Positions 13,285 through 26,130 of a stretch of 33,875 nt of DNA are shown here, piece by piece. The DNA comes from a virus (lineage: Duplodnaviria > Heunggongvirae > Uroviricota > Caudoviricetes). Each line of letters begins with the position of its first letter. Within the stretch, counting starts at the first letter, position 1. The stretch lies in the IMG/VR virus record IMGVR_UViG_2731957955_000011; one strand, written 5' to 3'. Made by a program: the position numbers and the translations under genes. The notes beneath the pieces are model-generated. The model was not told where the DNA came from. It saw only the letters and a program-made list of their open reading frames with translations, and ran no database searches.

Positions 13285-13373
13285 CCCCGCAACTTCAATT
13301 CTGTTTTGCGTGCCTGCTCCAGATTTTGCGATGTTTTTTTGCCCAGCACACTGAGAACGTGAGATACTCACAA

Positions 13374-13389
13374 CTGTATATAAATACAG
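13374..13389. promoter_or_regulatory. LexA (SOS) box in the dinD promoter
   Basis: CTGT-atataaat-ACAG (context aaCTGTATATAAATACAGtt), a near-perfect match to the CTGT-N8-ACAG LexA operator; about 45 nt upstream of the dinD ATG and overlapping an AT-rich -10-like sequence. Confidence 0.75.
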
Positions 13390-13434
13390 TTACAGATTTA
13401 CTTTCTTTGCAATCGATATCACATGGAGTGGGCA

Positions 13435-14259
13435 ATGAACGAACATCATCAACCTTTTGAAGAAATACGGCATTATGGCACTGAAGGGCAAGAATTTTGG
13501 TCAGCTAGAGAATTGGCACCGTTACTGGATTATCGGGACTGGCGCAATTTTCAAAAGGTACTGGCCCGCGCGACTCAAGCGTGCGAAGCCAGCAATCAAG
13601 CTGCATCTGACCATTTCGTTGAAACCACCAAAATGGTTGTATTAGGTTCAGGGGCTCAACGAGAACTTGAAGATGTTCATCTCTCCCGCTATGCCTGTTA
13701 CCTGGTAGTACAAAACGGCGACCCTGCGAAACCGGTTATTGCGGCAGGGCAAACTTATTTTGCTATCCAGACCCGACGGCAGGAGCTGGCTGACGATGAA
13801 GCTTTCAGGCAACTTCGTGAAGACGAAAAGCGTCTTTTTCTGAGAAATGAATTGAAAGAACATAACAAACAATTGGTTGAGGCAGCGCAGCAAGCTGGGG
13901 TAGCGACAGCTATCGATTTCGCCATATTTCAGAATCATGGTTACCGGGGGCTGTATGGTGGATTAGATCAGAAAGCCATCCATCAGCGGAAGGGGCTGAA
14001 AAAGAGTCAGAAGATCCTGGATCATATGGGTTCAACAGAACTGGCGGCTAATCTCTTTCGAGCTACCCAAACAGAAGAAAAACTCAAGCGGGATGGCGTG
14101 AATTCAAAACAGCAAGCTAATACCACACACTTTGACGTGGGTAGCAAGGTGAGGCAAACCATTCAGGAACTTGGCGGAACCATGCCTGAGGAGTTGCCGA
14201 CCCCGCAGGTCAGCATCAAGCAGTTGGAAAACAGTGTAAAAATTACAGAGAAGAAATAG
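13435..14259 (+). CDS. dinD: DNA-damage-inducible protein D
   Basis: In-frame ATG at 13435 gives MNEHHQPFEEIRHYGTEGQEFWSARELAPLLDYRDWRNFQKVL... (274 aa); LexA box upstream. Confidence 0.9.
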   Translation: MNEHHQPFEEIRHYGTEGQEFWSARELAPLLDYRDWRNFQKVLARATQACEASNQAASDHFVETTKMVVLGSGAQRELEDVHLSRYACYLVVQNGDPAKPVIAAGQTYFAIQTRRQELADDEAFRQLREDEKRLFLRNELKEHNKQLVEAAQQAGVATAIDFAIFQNHGYRGLYGGLDQKAIHQRKGLKKSQKILDHMGSTELAANLFRATQTEEKLKRDGVNSKQQANTTHFDVGSKVRQTIQELGGTMPEELPTPQVSIKQLENSVKITEKK

Positions 14260-14550
14260 CAGAAACTAAAAACTCTTTTTGTTGATTGAGATACCCGATG
14301 CGTAAGCCAAAGTCCAGGTGCGGTGAACACAATGGCTAAACATTGCACCTTTCTTTTCCACCCCTCAATTTTAACCTATTTTTTCTTATGCATTTTCTCA
14401 GACAAGAAGTCAGAAGAATGCATCTACGCTACAGAAAATAGCGATTTCACATAACTACAAGTTATCAATTTCCCCTCACCTTAAAAAATCTCAATCGTGA
14501 CAATGCGCACAAATCGCTACCCTGCCAGACAGATTTTTAGGGAGAGAACC

Positions 14551-16961
<2,411 letters not shown>

Positions 16962-16980
16962 TCACAGGCAAATGCGGAAA

Positions 16981-17728
<748 letters not shown>

Positions 17729-17782
17729 ACCTGATTTCAGTATCATGCCCAGTCATTTCTTCACCTGTGGAGCTTTTTAAGT

Positions 17783-18058
17783 ATGGCACGCGTAACTGTT
17801 CAGGACGCTGTAGAGAAAATTGGTAACCGTTTTGACCTGGTACTGGTCGCCGCGCGTCGCGCTCGTCAGATGCAGGTAGGCGGAAAGGATCCGCTGGTAC
17901 CGGAAGAAAACGATAAAACCACTGTAATCGCGCTGCGCGAAATCGAAGAAGGTCTGATCAACAACCAGATCCTCGACGTTCGCGAACGCCAGGAACAGCA
18001 AGAGCAGGAAGCCGCTGAATTACAAGCCGTTACCGCTATTGCTGAAGGTCGTCGTTAA
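17783..18058 (+). CDS. rpoZ: RNA polymerase omega subunit
   Basis: 91-aa [62 protein letters not shown]... Confidence 0.93.
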
Positions 18059-18076
18059 TCACAAAGCGGGTCGCCC

Positions 18077-20185
18077 TTGTATCTGTTTGAAAGCCTGAAT
18101 CAACTGATTCAAACCTACCTGCCGGAAGACCAAATCAAGCGTCTGCGGCAGGCGTATCTCGTTGCACGTGATGCTCACGAGGGGCAAACACGTTCAAGCG
18201 GTGAACCCTATATCACGCACCCGGTAGCGGTTGCCTGCATTCTGGCCGAGATGAAACTCGACTATGAAACGCTGATGGCGGCGCTGCTGCATGACGTGAT
18301 TGAAGATACTCCCGCCACCTACCAGGATATGGAACAGCTTTTTGGTAAAAGCGTCGCCGAGCTGGTAGAGGGGGTGTCGAAACTTGATAAACTCAAGTTC
18401 CGCGATAAGAAAGAGGCGCAGGCCGAAAACTTTCGCAAGATGATTATGGCGATGGTGCAGGATATCCGCGTCATCCTCATCAAACTTGCCGACCGTACCC
18501 ACAACATGCGCACGCTGGGCTCACTTCGCCCGGACAAACGTCGCCGCATCGCCCGTGAAACTCTCGAAATTTATAGCCCGCTGGCGCACCGTTTAGGTAT
18601 CCACCACATTAAAACCGAACTCGAAGAGCTGGGTTTTGAGGCGCTGTATCCCAATCGTTACCGCGTAATTAAAGAAGTGGTGAAAGCCGCGCGCGGCAAC
18701 CGTAAAGAGATGATCCAAAAAATCCTCTCTGAAATCGAAGGGCGTTTGCAGGAAGCGGGAATACCGTGCCGCGTCAGTGGTCGCGAAAAGCATCTTTATT
18801 CGATTTACTGCAAAATGGTGCTCAAAGAGCAGCGTTTTCACTCAATCATGGACATCTACGCTTTCCGCGTGATCGTCAATGATTCTGACACCTGTTATCG
18901 CGTGCTCGGGCAAATGCATAGCCTGTACAAGCCGCGTCCGGGTCGCGTGAAAGACTACATCGCCATTCCAAAAGCGAACGGCTATCAGTCTTTGCACACC
19001 TCGATGATCGGCCCGCACGGTGTGCCGGTTGAGGTCCAGATCCGTACCGAAGATATGGATCAGATGGCGGAGATGGGTGTTGCCGCGCACTGGGCTTATA
19101 AAGAGCACGGCGAAACCAGCACCACCGCGCAAATCCGCGCCCAGCGCTGGATGCAAAGCCTGCTGGAGCTGCAACAGAGCGCCGGTAGTTCGTTTGAATT
19201 TATCGAGAGCGTTAAATCCGATCTCTTCCCGGATGAGATTTACGTTTTCACACCGGAAGGGCGAATTGTCGAGCTGCCTGCCGGTGCAACGCCCGTCGAC
19301 TTCGCTTATGCAGTGCATACCGATATCGGTCATGCCTGCGTGGGCGCACGCGTTGACCGCCAGCCTTACCCGCTGTCGCAGCCGCTTACCAGCGGTCAAA
19401 CCGTTGAAATCATTACCGCACCGGGCGCTCGCCCGAATGCCGCGTGGCTGAACTTTGTCGTTAGCTCAAAAGCGCGCGCCAAAATTCGTCAGTTGCTGAA
19501 AAACCTCAAGCGTGATGATTCTGTAAGCCTGGGCCGTCGTCTGCTCAACCATGCTTTGGGTGGTAGCCGTAAGCTGAATGAAATCCCGCAGGAAAATATT
19601 CAGCGCGAGCTGGATCGCATGAAGCTGGCAACGCTTGACGATCTGCTGGCAGAAATCGGACTTGGTAACGCAATGAGCGTGGTGGTCGCGAAAAATCTGC
19701 AACATGGGGACGCCTCCATTCCACCGGCAACCCAAAGCCACGGACATCTGCCCATTAAAGGTGCCGATGGCGTGCTGATCACCTTTGCGAAATGCTGCCG
19801 CCCTATTCCTGGCGACCCGATTATCGCCCACGTCAGCCCCGGTAAAGGTCTGGTGATCCACCATGAATCCTGCCGTAATATCCGTGGCTACCAGAAAGAG
19901 CCAGAGAAGTTTATGGCTGTGGAATGGGATAAAGAGACGGCGCAGGAGTTCATCACCGAAATCAAGGTGGAGATGTTCAATCATCAGGGCGCGCTGGCAA
20001 ACCTGACGGCGGCAATTAACACCACGACTTCGAATATTCAAAGTTTGAATACGGAAGAGAAAGATGGTCGCGTCTACAGCGCCTTTATTCGTCTGACCGC
20101 CCGTGACCGTGTGCATCTGGCGAATATCATGCGCAAAATCCGCGTGATGCCAGACGTGATTAAAGTCACCCGAAACCGAAATTAA
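18077..20185 (+). CDS. spoT: bifunctional (p)ppGpp synthetase/hydrolase SpoT
   Basis: 702-aa ORF beginning at a TTG codon (18077..18079), LYLFESLNQLIQTYLPEDQIKRLRQAYLVARDAHEGQTRSSGEPYITHP...; HD domain motif present. Confidence 0.93.
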   Translation: MYLFESLNQLIQTYLPEDQIKRLRQAYLVARDAHEGQTRSSGEPYITHPVAVACILAEMKLDYETLMAALLHDVIEDTPATYQDMEQLFGKSVAELVEGVSKLDKLKFRDKKEAQAENFRKMIMAMVQDIRVILIKLADRTHNMRTLGSLRPDKRRRIARETLEIYSPLAHRLGIHHIKTELEELGFEALYPNRYRVIKEVVKAARGNRKEMIQKILSEIEGRLQEAGIPCRVSGREKHLYSIYCKMVLKEQRFHSIMDIYAFRVIVNDSDTCYRVLGQMHSLYKPRPGRVKDYIAIPKANGYQSLHTSMIGPHGVPVEVQIRTEDMDQMAEMGVAAHWAYKEHGETSTTAQIRAQRWMQSLLELQQSAGSSFEFIESVKSDLFPDEIYVFTPEGRIVELPAGATPVDFAYAVHTDIGHACVGARVDRQPYPLSQPLTSGQTVEIITAPGARPNAAWLNFVVSSKARAKIRQLLKNLKRDDSVSLGRRLLNHALGGSRKLNEIPQENIQRELDRMKLATLDDLLAEIGLGNAMSVVVAKNLQHGDASIPPATQSHGHLPIKGADGVLITFAKCCRPIPGDPIIAHVSPGKGLVIHHESCRNIRGYQKEPEKFMAVEWDKETAQEFITEIKVEMFNHQGALANLTAAINTTTSNIQSLNTEEKDGRVYSAFIRLTARDRVHLANIMRKIRVMPDVIKVTRNRN

Positions 20186-20191
20186 TGTTTT

Positions 20192-20881
20192 ATGAACCCA
20201 ACACGTTATGCACGCATCTGCGAAATGCTCGCCAGGCGGCAGCCTGATCTGACCGTCTGCATGGAGCAGGTCCACAAACCTCATAACGTTTCTGCGATTA
20301 TTCGTACCGCAGATGCCGTTGGCGTACATGAAGTTCACGCCGTCTGGCCTGGTAGCCGCATGCGCACCATGGCTTCGGCAGCGGCGGGTAGTAACAGCTG
20401 GGTACAGGTGAAAACACACCGCACCATTGGCGATGCCGTCGCTCATCTCAAAGGCCGGGGCATGCAGATTCTGGCAACCCATCTTTCTGATAACGCTGTC
20501 GATTTCCGCGAAATTGATTACACTCGCCCGACCTGCATTTTGATGGGACAGGAGAAAACGGGCATCACGCAGGAAGCATTGGCCCTGGCGGATCAGGACA
20601 TCATCATTCCGATGATCGGCATGGTGCAGTCGCTGAATGTTTCCGTTGCCTCAGCCCTCATTCTTTACGAAGCCCAGCGTCAGCGGCAAAATGCAGGCAT
20701 GTACCTGCGTGAAAACAGCATGTTGCCGGAAGCAGAGCAACAACGCCTGTTGTTTGAAGGCGGCTATCCGGTGCTGGCGAAAGTCGCAAAACGCAAAGGC
20801 CTGCCTTATCCCCACGTCAATCAGCAAGGCGAGATCGAAGCTGATGCCGACTGGTGGGCTACTATGCAGGCTGCAGGGTAA
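20192..20881 (+). CDS. trmH: tRNA (Gm18) 2'-O-methyltransferase TrmH (SpoU)
   Basis: 229-aa ORF MNPTRYARICEMLARRQPDLTVCMEQVHKPHNVSAIIRTADAVGVHEVHAV... Confidence 0.92.
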   Translation: MNPTRYARICEMLARRQPDLTVCMEQVHKPHNVSAIIRTADAVGVHEVHAVWPGSRMRTMASAAAGSNSWVQVKTHRTIGDAVAHLKGRGMQILATHLSDNAVDFREIDYTRPTCILMGQEKTGITQEALALADQDIIIPMIGMVQSLNVSVASALILYEAQRQRQNAGMYLRENSMLPEAEQQRLLFEGGYPVLAKVAKRKGLPYPHVNQQGEIEADADWWATMQAAG

Positions 20882-20886
20882 GTGCC

Positions 20887-22968
20887 ATGAAAGGTCGCCT
20901 GTTAGATGCTGTCCCACTCAGTTCCCTAACGGGCGTTGGCGCAGCACTTAGTAACAAACTGGCGAAAATCAACCTGCATACCGTGCAGGATCTACTCTTA
21001 CACCTTCCCCTGCGCTACGAAGATCGCACCCATCTCTACCCCATCGGAGAACTACTGCCGGGCGTTTATGCCACGGTGGAAGGCGAAGTGCTGAACTGCA
21101 ATATCTCCTTCGGCGGTCGGCGGATGATGACCTGCCAGATCAGCGACGGTTCCGGCATCCTCACCATGCGCTTTTTCAATTTCAGCGCGGCAATGAAAAA
21201 TAGCCTGGCGACGGGCCGCCGTGTACTGGCTTATGGCGAAGCAAAGCGCGGTAAATATGGTGCGGAGATGATCCACCCGGAATACCGCGTGCAGGGCGAT
21301 CTCAGCACGCCAGAATTACAGGAAACGCTCACGCCGGTTTATCCAACAACGGAAGGCGTAAAGCAGGCCACGCTGCGTAAATTAACCGACCAGGCGCTGG
21401 ATCTGCTCGACACCTGCGCCATTGAAGAACTCCTGCCGCCGGAACTGTCACAAGGAATGATGACGCTACCGGAAGCGTTGCGCACTTTGCACCGCCCGCC
21501 ACCGACGCTACAGCTTAGCGATCTGGAAACCGGGCAGCATCCGGCGCAACGTCGTCTGATTCTGGAAGAACTGCTGGCGCACAACCTCAGCATGTTAGCC
21601 TTACGTGCCGGAGCACAGCGTTTTCATGCCCAGCCGCTGAGCGCCAATGACACGCTGAAAAATAAACTCCTCGCCGCCTTACCGTTCAAGCCAACGGGCG
21701 CACAGGCACGCGTAGTGGCGGAGATCGAGCATGATATGGCGCTGGATGTGCCGATGATGCGCCTGGTACAGGGCGATGTAGGTTCCGGTAAAACGCTGGT
21801 CGCCGCCCTCGCCGCGCTGCGTGCGATTGCCCACGGCAAACAGGTGGCACTGATGGCACCAACCGAATTACTCGCCGAGCAGCACGCCAATAACTTCCGC
21901 AACTGGTTTGCACCGCTCGGTATCAAAGTGGGCTGGCTCGCCGGTAAGCAGAAAGGCAAAGCGCGACTGTCTCAGCAGGAAGCCATCGCCAGCGGTCAGG
22001 TGCAGATGATTGTCGGTACACACGCCATCTTCCAGGAACAGGTGCAGTTTAACGGCCTGGCGCTGGTGATTATCGACGAACAGCATCGTTTTGGCGTGCA
22101 TCAGCGTCTGGCATTGTGGGAGAAAGGCCAGCAGCAGGGCTTCCATCCGCATCAGTTGATCATGACCGCCACGCCGATCCCCCGCACGCTGGCAATGACG
22201 GCGTATGCCGATCTCGATACCTCGGTGATAGATGAGCTGCCGCCAGGCCGCACGCCAGTGACTACGGTCGCTATTCCTGATACCCGCCGTACCGACATCA
22301 TTGACCGCGTGCGCCACGCCTGCATAACTGAAGGTCGTCAGGCGTACTGGGTTTGTACGTTGATTGAAGAGTCAGAGTTACTGGAAGCGCAGGCGGCGGA
22401 AGCTACCTGGGAAGAGTTGAAACTGGCGCTACCAGAATTGAATGTTGGCCTGGTACACGGGCGGATGAAACCAGCCGAGAAACAGGCGGTGATGGCGTCG
22501 TTTAAACAAGGTGAGCTACATCTGCTGGTTGCCACTACCGTTATTGAAGTCGGTGTTGATGTGCCTAACGCCAGCCTGATGATTATCGAAAACCCTGAGC
22601 GTCTGGGTCTGGCGCAGTTACACCAGCTGCGCGGGCGCGTAGGTCGTGGCGCGGTGGCTTCTCACTGCGTGCTGCTCTACAAAACGCCGCTTTCTAAAAC
22701 GGCGCAAATTCGCCTGCAAGTGCTGCGCGACAGTAACGACGGTTTTGTGATTGCGCAAAAAGATCTGGAGATTCGCGGCCCTGGCGAATTGTTAGGCACG
22801 CGTCAGACGGGTAATGCTGAATTTAAAGTGGCGGATTTACTGCGCGATCAGGCGATGATCCCGGAAGTTCAGCGCCTGGCGCGACATATTCACGAACGTT
22901 ACCCACAACAGGCAAAAGCCTTGATAGAACGCTGGATGCCGGAGACAGAACGTTACTCGAATGCGTAA
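20887..22968 (+). CDS. recG: ATP-dependent DNA helicase RecG
   Basis: In-frame ATG at 20887 gives MKGRLLDAVPLSSLTGVGAALSNKLAKINLHTVQDLLLHLPLRYEDRT... (693 aa) with Walker A GDVGSGKT and a DEQH box. Confidence 0.93.
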   Translation: MKGRLLDAVPLSSLTGVGAALSNKLAKINLHTVQDLLLHLPLRYEDRTHLYPIGELLPGVYATVEGEVLNCNISFGGRRMMTCQISDGSGILTMRFFNFSAAMKNSLATGRRVLAYGEAKRGKYGAEMIHPEYRVQGDLSTPELQETLTPVYPTTEGVKQATLRKLTDQALDLLDTCAIEELLPPELSQGMMTLPEALRTLHRPPPTLQLSDLETGQHPAQRRLILEELLAHNLSMLALRAGAQRFHAQPLSANDTLKNKLLAALPFKPTGAQARVVAEIEHDMALDVPMMRLVQGDVGSGKTLVAALAALRAIAHGKQVALMAPTELLAEQHANNFRNWFAPLGIKVGWLAGKQKGKARLSQQEAIASGQVQMIVGTHAIFQEQVQFNGLALVIIDEQHRFGVHQRLALWEKGQQQGFHPHQLIMTATPIPRTLAMTAYADLDTSVIDELPPGRTPVTTVAIPDTRRTDIIDRVRHACITEGRQAYWVCTLIEESELLEAQAAEATWEELKLALPELNVGLVHGRMKPAEKQAVMASFKQGELHLLVATTVIEVGVDVPNASLMIIENPERLGLAQLHQLRGRVGRGAVASHCVLLYKTPLSKTAQIRLQVLRDSNDGFVIAQKDLEIRGPGELLGTRQTGNAEFKVADLLRDQAMIPEVQRLARHIHERYPQQAKALIERWMPETERYSNA

Positions 22969-23011
22969 AAGGCGGCAGTGAGAAGACCGCCATTTCAGGT
23001 TACCCTACCTT

Positions 23012-23095
23012 CCTGCCGGATGCGATTCACCCTACAAATTCAATAAATTGTGAATCAATGCGCAGCCTTGATAAGCGAAGCGTATCAGGCATTTG
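23012..23095. repeat. REP/BIME-like palindromic repeat sequences in the recG-gltS convergent intergenic region
   Basis: tgccggatgcg at 23015..23025 and cgtatcaggca at 23082..23092 are imperfect inverted copies resembling REP half-sites (GCCGGATGCG / GCCTGATACG). Two further GC hairpins flank the region (about 22971..22993 and 23103..23124). Pattern recognition only. Confidence 0.3.
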
Positions 23096-23133
23096 TCTTT
23101 GTTGCGGCGGCACTTCTACCGCCGCTTCATCGG

Positions 23134-24339
23134 TTAACCCGCAAAAATCGGCAACATTAAATACAGCTTAATCACCAGCGCATTGACGATATCGATAAAG
23201 AACGCACCGACCATCGGCACCACCAAAAACGCCATGTGCGACGGGCCAAAGCGTTCAGTGATCGCCTGCATGTTGGCGATTGCCGTTGGCGTTGCACCGA
23301 GGCCAAAACCACAGTGACCCGCAGCCAGCACTGCCGCATCGTAGTTTTTGCCCATCATGCGCCAGGTAACGAAGATGGCATACAACGCCATGAAGATGGT
23401 CTGTACCACCAGAATCGCCAGCATCGGCAGCGCCAGCGAAGCCAGCTCCCACAGTTTCAGCCCCATCAGCGCCATCGCCAGGAACAACGACAGGCTTACG
23501 TTACCCAGCACGGATACCGCACGCTCAAAGACGCGGTAAAAGCCCATCATTGACAGACCGTTGCTCAGAATCACGCCAACAAACAGTACACAGACGAAGG
23601 TCGGCAGTTCAAAAGCAGTGCCAGCCAAAAGTTGCGCAACAATTTTCCCCACCGTCAGGCAGATAGCAATCAGCGCGATAGTTTCAATCAGCACCAGCGA
23701 GGTGATCATGCGGCCCACATCCGGCTTTTCAAACGCCGTCGGGACTTCCTGGTCATCCGGAATACCGTTCGGCGTGGTGGAGTGTTTCACCAGATAGCGC
23801 GCCACCGGACCGCCAATCAAGCCGCCCAGCACCAGACCGAACGTTGCACAGGCCATCGCCACTTCCGTCGCATTGGTGAAGCCATAACGTTCAATGAACA
23901 ATTTACTCCACGCAGCGCCCGTACCGTGACCGCCGGAAAGCGTAATAGAACCGGCCAACAGCCCCATCAGCGGATCAAGCCCTAACAGGCTAGCCATACC
24001 AATGCCAATGGCATTTTGCATCACCAACAGACCAACAACCACAATCAAGAAGATGCCAACCACACGCCCACCGGCACGCAAACTGGCAATGTTGGCGTTC
24101 AGGCCAATGGTGGCGAAGAAAGCCAGCATTAACGGATCGCGCAGGGACATATCAAAGTTGACTTCCCAGCCCATGCTTTTTTTCAGTACTAGTAGCGCCA
24201 GCGCCACCAACAAACCACCCGCAACAGGTTCCGGTATGGTGTATTTCTTCAAAAAGGAGACGGAATGGACCAACTTACGCCCGAGCAGCAACGTCAGCGT
24301 TGCGGCAACAAGCGTTGCTAAAGTATCGAGATGAAACAT
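23134..24339 (-). CDS. gltS: sodium/glutamate symporter GltS
   Basis: 401-aa ORF MFHLDTLATLVAATLTLLLGRKLVHSVSFLKKYTIPEPVAGGLLVALALLVL..., polytopic membrane protein. Confidence 0.92.
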   Translation of the reverse strand: MFHLDTLATLVAATLTLLLGRKLVHSVSFLKKYTIPEPVAGGLLVALALLVLKKSMGWEVNFDMSLRDPLMLAFFATIGLNANIASLRAGGRVVGIFLIVVVGLLVMQNAIGIGMASLLGLDPLMGLLAGSITLSGGHGTGAAWSKLFIERYGFTNATEVAMACATFGLVLGGLIGGPVARYLVKHSTTPNGIPDDQEVPTAFEKPDVGRMITSLVLIETIALIAICLTVGKIVAQLLAGTAFELPTFVCVLFVGVILSNGLSMMGFYRVFERAVSVLGNVSLSLFLAMALMGLKLWELASLALPMLAILVVQTIFMALYAIFVTWRMMGKNYDAAVLAAGHCGFGLGATPTAIANMQAITERFGPSHMAFLVVPMVGAFFIDIVNALVIKLYLMLPIFAG

Positions 24340-24618
24340 AGTTACTCCTTTGTATCCGCATCACTCTTTCATACTCGTCATACTTCATCGCGCAGTGGCA
24401 ACTTCATGAACTATGACGGGTATCGAGTTATGCTTTCCTGGGTCAAATTCTCAGCTGTTAATGAACAAATGGCATGGATTTTAAGCAGAAAAATACCAAA
24501 AGTTATATAAAAAAGTGCATTTATCTCATTTAAATATTTAGATGAGGATGTGGCAAACGTTTGCTTTTCTCTTTCGGTCAGCTAAAATGCCCGCTTTGCT
24601 ACCACGGGATTGTTTTCG

Positions 24619-26010
24619 ATGTCTGTTTCCACCCTCGAGTCAGAAAATGCGCAACCGGTTGCGCAGACTCAAAACAGCGAACTGATTTACCGTCTTGAAG
24701 ATCGTCCGCCGCTTCCTCAAACCCTGTTTGCCGCCTGTCAGCATCTGCTGGCGATGTTCGTTGCGGTGATCACGCCAGCGCTATTAATCTGCCAGGCGCT
24801 GGGTTTACCGGCACAAGACACGCAACACATTATTAGTATGTCGCTGTTTGCCTCCGGTGTGGCATCGATTATTCAAATTAAGGCCTGGGGTCCGGTTGGC
24901 TCCGGGCTGTTGTCTATTCAGGGCACCAGCTTCAACTTTGTTGCCCCGCTGATTATGGGCGGTACCGCGCTGAAAACCGGTGGTGCTGATGTTCCTACCA
25001 TGATGGCGGCTTTGTTCGGCACGTTGATGCTGGCAAGTTGCACCGAGATGGTGATCTCCCGCGTTCTGCATCTGGCGCGCCGCATTATTACGCCGCTGGT
25101 TTCTGGCGTTGTGGTGATGATTATCGGCCTGTCGCTAATTCAGGTTGGGTTAACGTCCATTGGCGGCGGTTACGCAGCCATGAGCGATAACACCTTCGGC
25201 GCACCGAAAAATCTGCTGCTGGCAGGCGTGGTCTTAGCCTTAATTATCCTGCTTAACCGTCAACGTAACCCTTACTTACGCGTGGCCTCACTGGTGATTG
25301 CGATGGCGGCCGGATATGCGCTGGCGTGGTTTATGGGCATGTTGCCAGAAAGCAACGAACCGATGACGCAAGAACTGATTATGGTGCCAACGCCGCTCTA
25401 TTACGGTCTTGGCATTGAATGGAGTCTGCTGCTGCCGCTGATGCTGGTCTTTATGATCACTTCGCTGGAAACCATTGGCGATATCACGGCGACCTCTGAC
25501 GTTTCCGAACAGCCAGTGTCCGGTCCGCTGTACATGAAACGCCTGAAAGGTGGCGTGCTGGCAAACGGCCTGAACTCGTTTGTTTCGGCGGTGTTTAACA
25601 CCTTCCCGAACTCCTGCTTCGGGCAAAACAACGGAGTGATCCAGTTGACTGGTGTTGCCAGCCGCTATGTCGGTTTTGTCGTCGCGCTGATGTTGATCGT
25701 GCTGGGTCTGTTCCCGGCAGTGAGCGGTTTTGTACAACACATTCCAGAACCGGTTCTGGGCGGCGCAACGCTTGTAATGTTTGGCACCATCGCCGCCTCC
25801 GGTGTGCGTATCGTTTCTCGTGAGCCGCTGAACCGTCGGGCGATTCTGATTATCGCGCTGTCGCTGGCGGTTGGTCTGGGCGTGTCTCAGCAGCCGCTGA
25901 TTTTGCAGTTTGCCCCTGAATGGCTGAAAAACCTGCTCTCCTCCGGGATCGCCGCGGGCGGTATTACTGCCATCGTGCTGAATCTGATTTTCCCACCAGA
26001 AAAACAGTAA
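24619..26010 (+). CDS. xanP: xanthine permease XanP (NCS2 family)
   Basis: In-frame ATG at 24619 gives [56 protein letters not shown]... (463 aa); the ORF-track start at 24610 is a TTG extension. Confidence 0.9.
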
Positions 26011-26017
26011 TTCACTG

Positions 26018-26042
26018 GCGGCGGTAAGATAATTACCGCCGC
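26018..26042. terminator. perfect 10-bp hairpin just after the xanP stop (putative terminator or stability element)
   Basis: gcggcggtaa-gataa-ttaccgccgc, read directly; no adjacent U-tract on the plus strand, so terminator function is uncertain. Confidence 0.35.
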
Positions 26043-26130
26043 AGTCTCACCTCTTTCACCATTCCCGCCTTGAGGATTGCGCGTAAATCGTGCATAACTC
26101 CCTTATGTGCATTTCACGGGATGGAAGACC

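Noticed and set aside
14260-14550. Possible small ORFs or sRNA in the dinD-yicG intergenic region (for example a 13-codon ATG ORF near 14297, and an atgcat-containing imperfect inverted repeat near 14388..14423)
   Set aside because: No Shine-Dalgarno sequence, no recognisable peptide family, and the inverted repeat is imperfect; cannot be supported from sequence alone.
19466-20482. 338-aa ORF on the minus strand, antisense to spoT and trmH
   Set aside because: Lies entirely within well-supported plus-strand genes in GC-rich sequence. The translation is low-complexity and rich in R/A/H, which is typical of shadow ORFs, and I recognise no family.
21624-22317. Overlapping minus-strand ORFs (111, 75 and 149 aa) inside recG
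   Set aside because: Antisense shadow ORFs within recG, a conserved helicase gene; no start context or recognisable domains.
25288-25740. 150-aa minus-strand ORF inside xanP
   Set aside because: Antisense to a well-supported permease gene; His/Gln/Arg-rich translation typical of shadow ORFs.
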